From: Octopus bimaculoides
Taxonomy: Eukaryota
Assembly (NCBI RefSeq): GCF_001194135.2
Contig: NC_068989.1
Span: 22,364,072 to 22,428,071 of the forward strand
Direction: 5' to 3'
DNA: 64,000 nt
Shown here: one piece after another, positions 60,102-64,000 of the stretch
How positions within the stretch are numbered: position 1 is the stretch's first letter
Layout of the letters: each line of letters opens with the position of its first letter
Notes under the pieces: model-generated
What the model was told of the DNA's origin: nothing
The model's input: the letters and a program-made list of their open reading frames with translations, nothing else
The model's database searches: none
Position numbers and translations under genes: made by a program

Positions 60102-60770
60102 TATATGTCACAATGAACAAACATAAAATCACAAAAGATAAGCTAATGGCACTTACGTCTAGATCCAGGATTAACAGACTATCTGTTCATTGTATCTGGA
60201 ACCTAATATAGTATTCTGCACATCAGATCTCTCTTAGACATAATACCTTAGTTACAAGTGCTTAACAATACACATACAACCCCTACCAATTAGTCTTTTG
60301 TGTAATTAAGAAAACCACCACCACCACCACCACCATTACTATATTTTCTAATAACTTTTTTAGAACTGTATTTTTCTACAAGATACCAAAAATAGAATAA
60401 GAAATTTAATTTTGTTCTCAAGAACAAAATCTGAAAAACTTAAATGGAATTTCAACAGAAGATTTATAAAATCTTTGTGCAATTTTCTGGCTACCCTTGA
60501 CAGAAATTATGCTCTTTTACAGCTAACTGGGATATGCAGAAAGCATTATTAGCAAAGCAAATCTGGGAAACATGTGACCTGCTACTGGTAAATGTCATAT
60601 TATGCTAAGTGGAATTTGTGGGTTGCCATTTGAGTTAGTCAATTTGGCAACAATTTCTTGAAATGTTCTAAACTGTAACATGATGTCTGATCAAAGTTGA
60701 TAAGAAAGTTCTTTGAAAGAATTTACTGGCGTAAAATGATGTGGGCTGGAAAAGTTCAAGTCTGCTAGAA

Positions 60771-61150
60771 TCACCATCATCATCATCGCTTAACGTCCGC
60801 TTTCCATGCTAGCATGGGTTGGACGACTTGACTGAGGACCGGTGAAACCAGATGGCTACACCAGGCTCCAATCTGATTTGGCAAAGTTTCTACAGCTGGA
60901 TGCCCTTCCTAACGCCAACCACTCTGAGAGTGTAGTGGGTGCTTTTACGTGCCACCAGCACGAAGGCCAGTCAGGTGGTACTGGCAACAGCCACGCTCAA
61001 AATGGTGTATTTTATGTGCCACCCACACAAGAGCCAGTCCAGGGGCACTGGCAACGATCTCGCTCGAAAGTCCTTACACATGCCACGGGCAAAAGTGCCA
61101 GAAAGGCGACGCTGGGTATAGGTGCCATCCCGATTTCGCTTTTCCTTGCC
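60771..61150 (-). mobile_element. Young RTE-3'-tail element
   Basis: Same 3' body and (ATC)n tail; internal TGCCACC/AAAAGCACC tandem units. Confidence 0.85.
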
Positions 61151-63244
61151 CCAAAAAAGTAAGATTTGCTGGATCTGGAGGAAGGAGCACTGCCCATGGT
61201 CTTCACAGATTCAGCTATATCAGAGAGATTGATGCCTTTAATATTCTTCTTGGACCTTTTTAAGTCAACACCCATGAGAAAGATATCAGCAAGGAGGGAA
61301 TTCTGAAGGGCTGACATTCTGGGAAGGAAGGACTAGGCATGATTATTAGCACAGGGCTTCGGGAGCTGGATGTAACAAGGGGGAAAAAAGGAGGAGAGAA
61401 GAGTAGGATAGAAATGCCCCAGCTCTAGGGAGCAATAACCATTATAGTAGTGATAGAAAAGGTAGAGAGAGGAGGCAGTATGCCTAAGGACCAGAGGTTG
61501 GACAACATCTCTGAGTGACTTTTATCCCTATCAATCAGTTGACCCTATTCTGGATGCAGTGAAAGATGTCTGTGTGTATAGCAGCAACAGCACCCTCTCA
61601 GATGCAAGCAACACTCTTCTGTGGATTGCACTAGAACTCATAGCTGAGAGTAAAAGTTACGCAGACAGTAGACTAGAGGCTTTTGAGATCTTGATTAAAT
61701 GTCTACATGTACCAGTGGTGAAGTGGGTAAGGACATTACTACTTTTAGTTTAGAAATAAAGGTTCTAAGTTTGAATACAGAGTGGAGCCATGTACATATC
61801 CAGGAATAAAACACTCAAAAGCAATTGAAAAACAGATGATAAAACAGTTTCGATCACTGGATTGTGGCCACATTGAGGGACTACCTTGAAGAATTGACCC
61901 CAATGCTTACTTTTTTATGGGTCTCTTTTACCAAACCACTAAGTTATAGAAACATAAACACACACACAAAGAATCCATGCACACACACACACATGTATAT
62001 AAACACAATGGGCTTCTTTCAGTTTCCACCTATCAAATCCACTCACAATGCTTTGGCTATCCCAAGGCTATAGTAGAAGACTGAGGTGCCATGCAGTGCG
62101 ACTGAACTCAGAACCATGAGGTGAGGAAGCAAACTTTTTACCACACAGCCATACCAGTACCTATGTGTAGATATAAGTATTGGAAAGATGAAGTGGTTGA
62201 TACCATGCTAACTTACAATCTTTATAACATACTGTCTGCTATTTGACAGTTCAGAATTTAAATTTCAATTCACTGAGCTTTTCTTTTTTATCTCCAATGG
62301 AGGATACAGTCAATAAAATAAGTCTAAGAAATATAGTAAAATAGAGTTATGGTTGCTTGGAACAATCATGTGGAGAGTTAGCAAAGCTTGTAATTTGCTA
62401 ACAGTGTTGTGGCCTAAGTAACCAAAGTGTAAGTAAGTATAACAAGGTGATACAATATATAAACACAAGCATGGCTAGTTGGTTAAGAAGTTTCTTTCAC
62501 AACCATTAGATTTCAGGTTCAATCCCACAGTGTAGCATTCTGGGTAAATATAATGTCTTGTAGTATAGTCCTGGAGTCAACCAATAACTTGTAAGTGAAT
62601 TCAATTGATGGAAACTGCAGAAGGCTATCTCATATATATATATATATATANNNNNNNNNNNNNNNNNNNNNNNNNNNNNNNNNNNNNNNNNNNNNNNNNN
62701 NNNNNNNNNNNNNNNNNNNNNNNNNNNNNNNNNNNNNNNNNNNNNNNNNNNNNNNNNNNNNNNNNNNNNNNNNNNNNNNNNNNNNNNNNNNNNNNNNNNN
62801 NNNNNNNNNNNNNNNNNNNNNNNNNNNNNNNNNNNNNNNNNNNNNNNNNNNNNNNNNNNNNNNNNNNNNNNNNNNNNNNNNNNNNNNNNNNNNNNNNNNN
62901 NNNNNNNNNNNNNNNNNNNNNNNNNNNNNNNNNNNNNNNNNNNNNNNNNNNNNNNNNNNNNNNNNNNNNNNNNNNNNNNNNNNNNNNNNNNNNNNNNNNN
63001 NNNNNNNNNNNNNNNNNNNNNNNNNNNNNNNNNNNNNNNNNNNNNNNNNNNNNNNNNNNNNNNNNNNNNNNNNNNNNNNNNNNNNNNNNNNNNNNNNNNN
63101 NNNNNNNNNNNNNNNNNNNNNNNNNNNNNNNNNNNNNNNNNNNNNNNNNNNNNNNNNNNNNNNNNNNNNNNNNNNNNNNNNNNNNNNNNNNNNNNNNNNN
63201 NNNNNNNNNNNNNNNNNNNNNNNNNNNNNNNNNNNNNNTGTATT

Positions 63245-63545
63245 GTCGTCGTCGTTTAACGTTCGCTTTCCATGCTAGCATGGGTTGGACGATTTGACTG
63301 AGGACTGGTGAAACCAGATGGCTACACCAGGCTCCAATCTGATTTGGCAGTGTTTCTACAGCTGGATGCCCTTCCTAAAGCCAACCACTCAGAGAGTGTA
63401 GTGGGTGCTTTTACGTGTCACCCGCACGAAGGCCAGTCAGGCGGTACTGGCAAAGGCCACGCTCATCTCGCTTGAGAAACCTCATGTGTCACCCACACAA
63501 CAGCCAGCCCAGGGGCACCAGCAACGATCCCGCTCAAAAATCCCA
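63245..63545 (-). mobile_element. Young RTE-3'-tail element
   Basis: Near-identical to 60771-61050. Confidence 0.85.
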
Positions 63546-64000
63546 CAACAACCCCACACAAGAATCAGTTCAAGGAAGAAAGAATATATTATTGTATGCA
63601 ACTATAAAATTGATGAACGTCTCCATGGCTTGCAGGGTTAACTTCATCCAACTCTTCGCAAATGAGAATATCTAGGCAATAACAGAGTGACTGTGAACAC
63701 TCCACATGATGAATAGTCTGTCCTCAATTATGTACAAACAATCAAATAACTAATGAAGCCAATTATCATTTTCACTGTCATTACCAAAAATCCACAAATA
63801 GCTCTCCCTTTATATAAAAGTTTCTTGTGTCAAAGAAAGACTCCTTATTCTTTTACGGTTATAAGAGAAAATAGGGACAAAATTAATTATCCCCAATAAC
63901 CTGTAAACCTCCACTTTGACATTGAGAAATTACAACCATAACACAATTTCAGTGTCAGAGATCATGTTTCATATGTGATTTGATCCCCGGCATCTGTGAT

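Noticed and set aside
60145-60200. Strong gtaagt donor (minus strand) suggesting a further upstream exon; similar case at ~62217
   Set aside because: All frames hit stops within a short distance and no good acceptor gives a PDE-like peptide.

Overview
AT-rich, repeat-dense animal genomic DNA with seven N-gaps. The SINE/RTE repertoire and (ATC)n/(AAT)n/(TA)n microsatellites look like an Octopus (coleoid cephalopod) assembly; this is inferred from recall, not from a search. One real host gene is present and is almost invisible in the ORF track: a PDE9-like cyclic-nucleotide phosphodiesterase on the minus strand. I rebuilt it by hand from 9 phase-compatible GT-AG exons (59014-59082 partial, running into a gap; 32916-33057; 30138-30233; 21857-21979; 20261-20415; 15038-15140; 11544-11648; 9168-9314; 8423-8527 with stop). 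The N-terminal exons are in the gap or beyond the window. The rest is intronic or intergenic and TE-derived: decayed RTE LINEs, many RTE-3'-tail elements, several tRNA-headed SINE families, a mariner, a piggyBac nested in an RTE, MITE-like foldbacks, and simple repeats. The most unusual signal is a ~400-bp intronic element (12661-13060). It has two inverted arms, each carrying a hammerhead-ribozyme core (CUGAUGA-stem II-GAAA, Penelope-type minimal hammerhead), around a tRNA-derived Pol III head. A second foldback (46362-46925) has similar decayed motifs. Nearly all other ORFs in the track are low-complexity, gap-spanning or TE artefacts. Boundaries of repeats are approximate unless TSDs or TIRs are cited.
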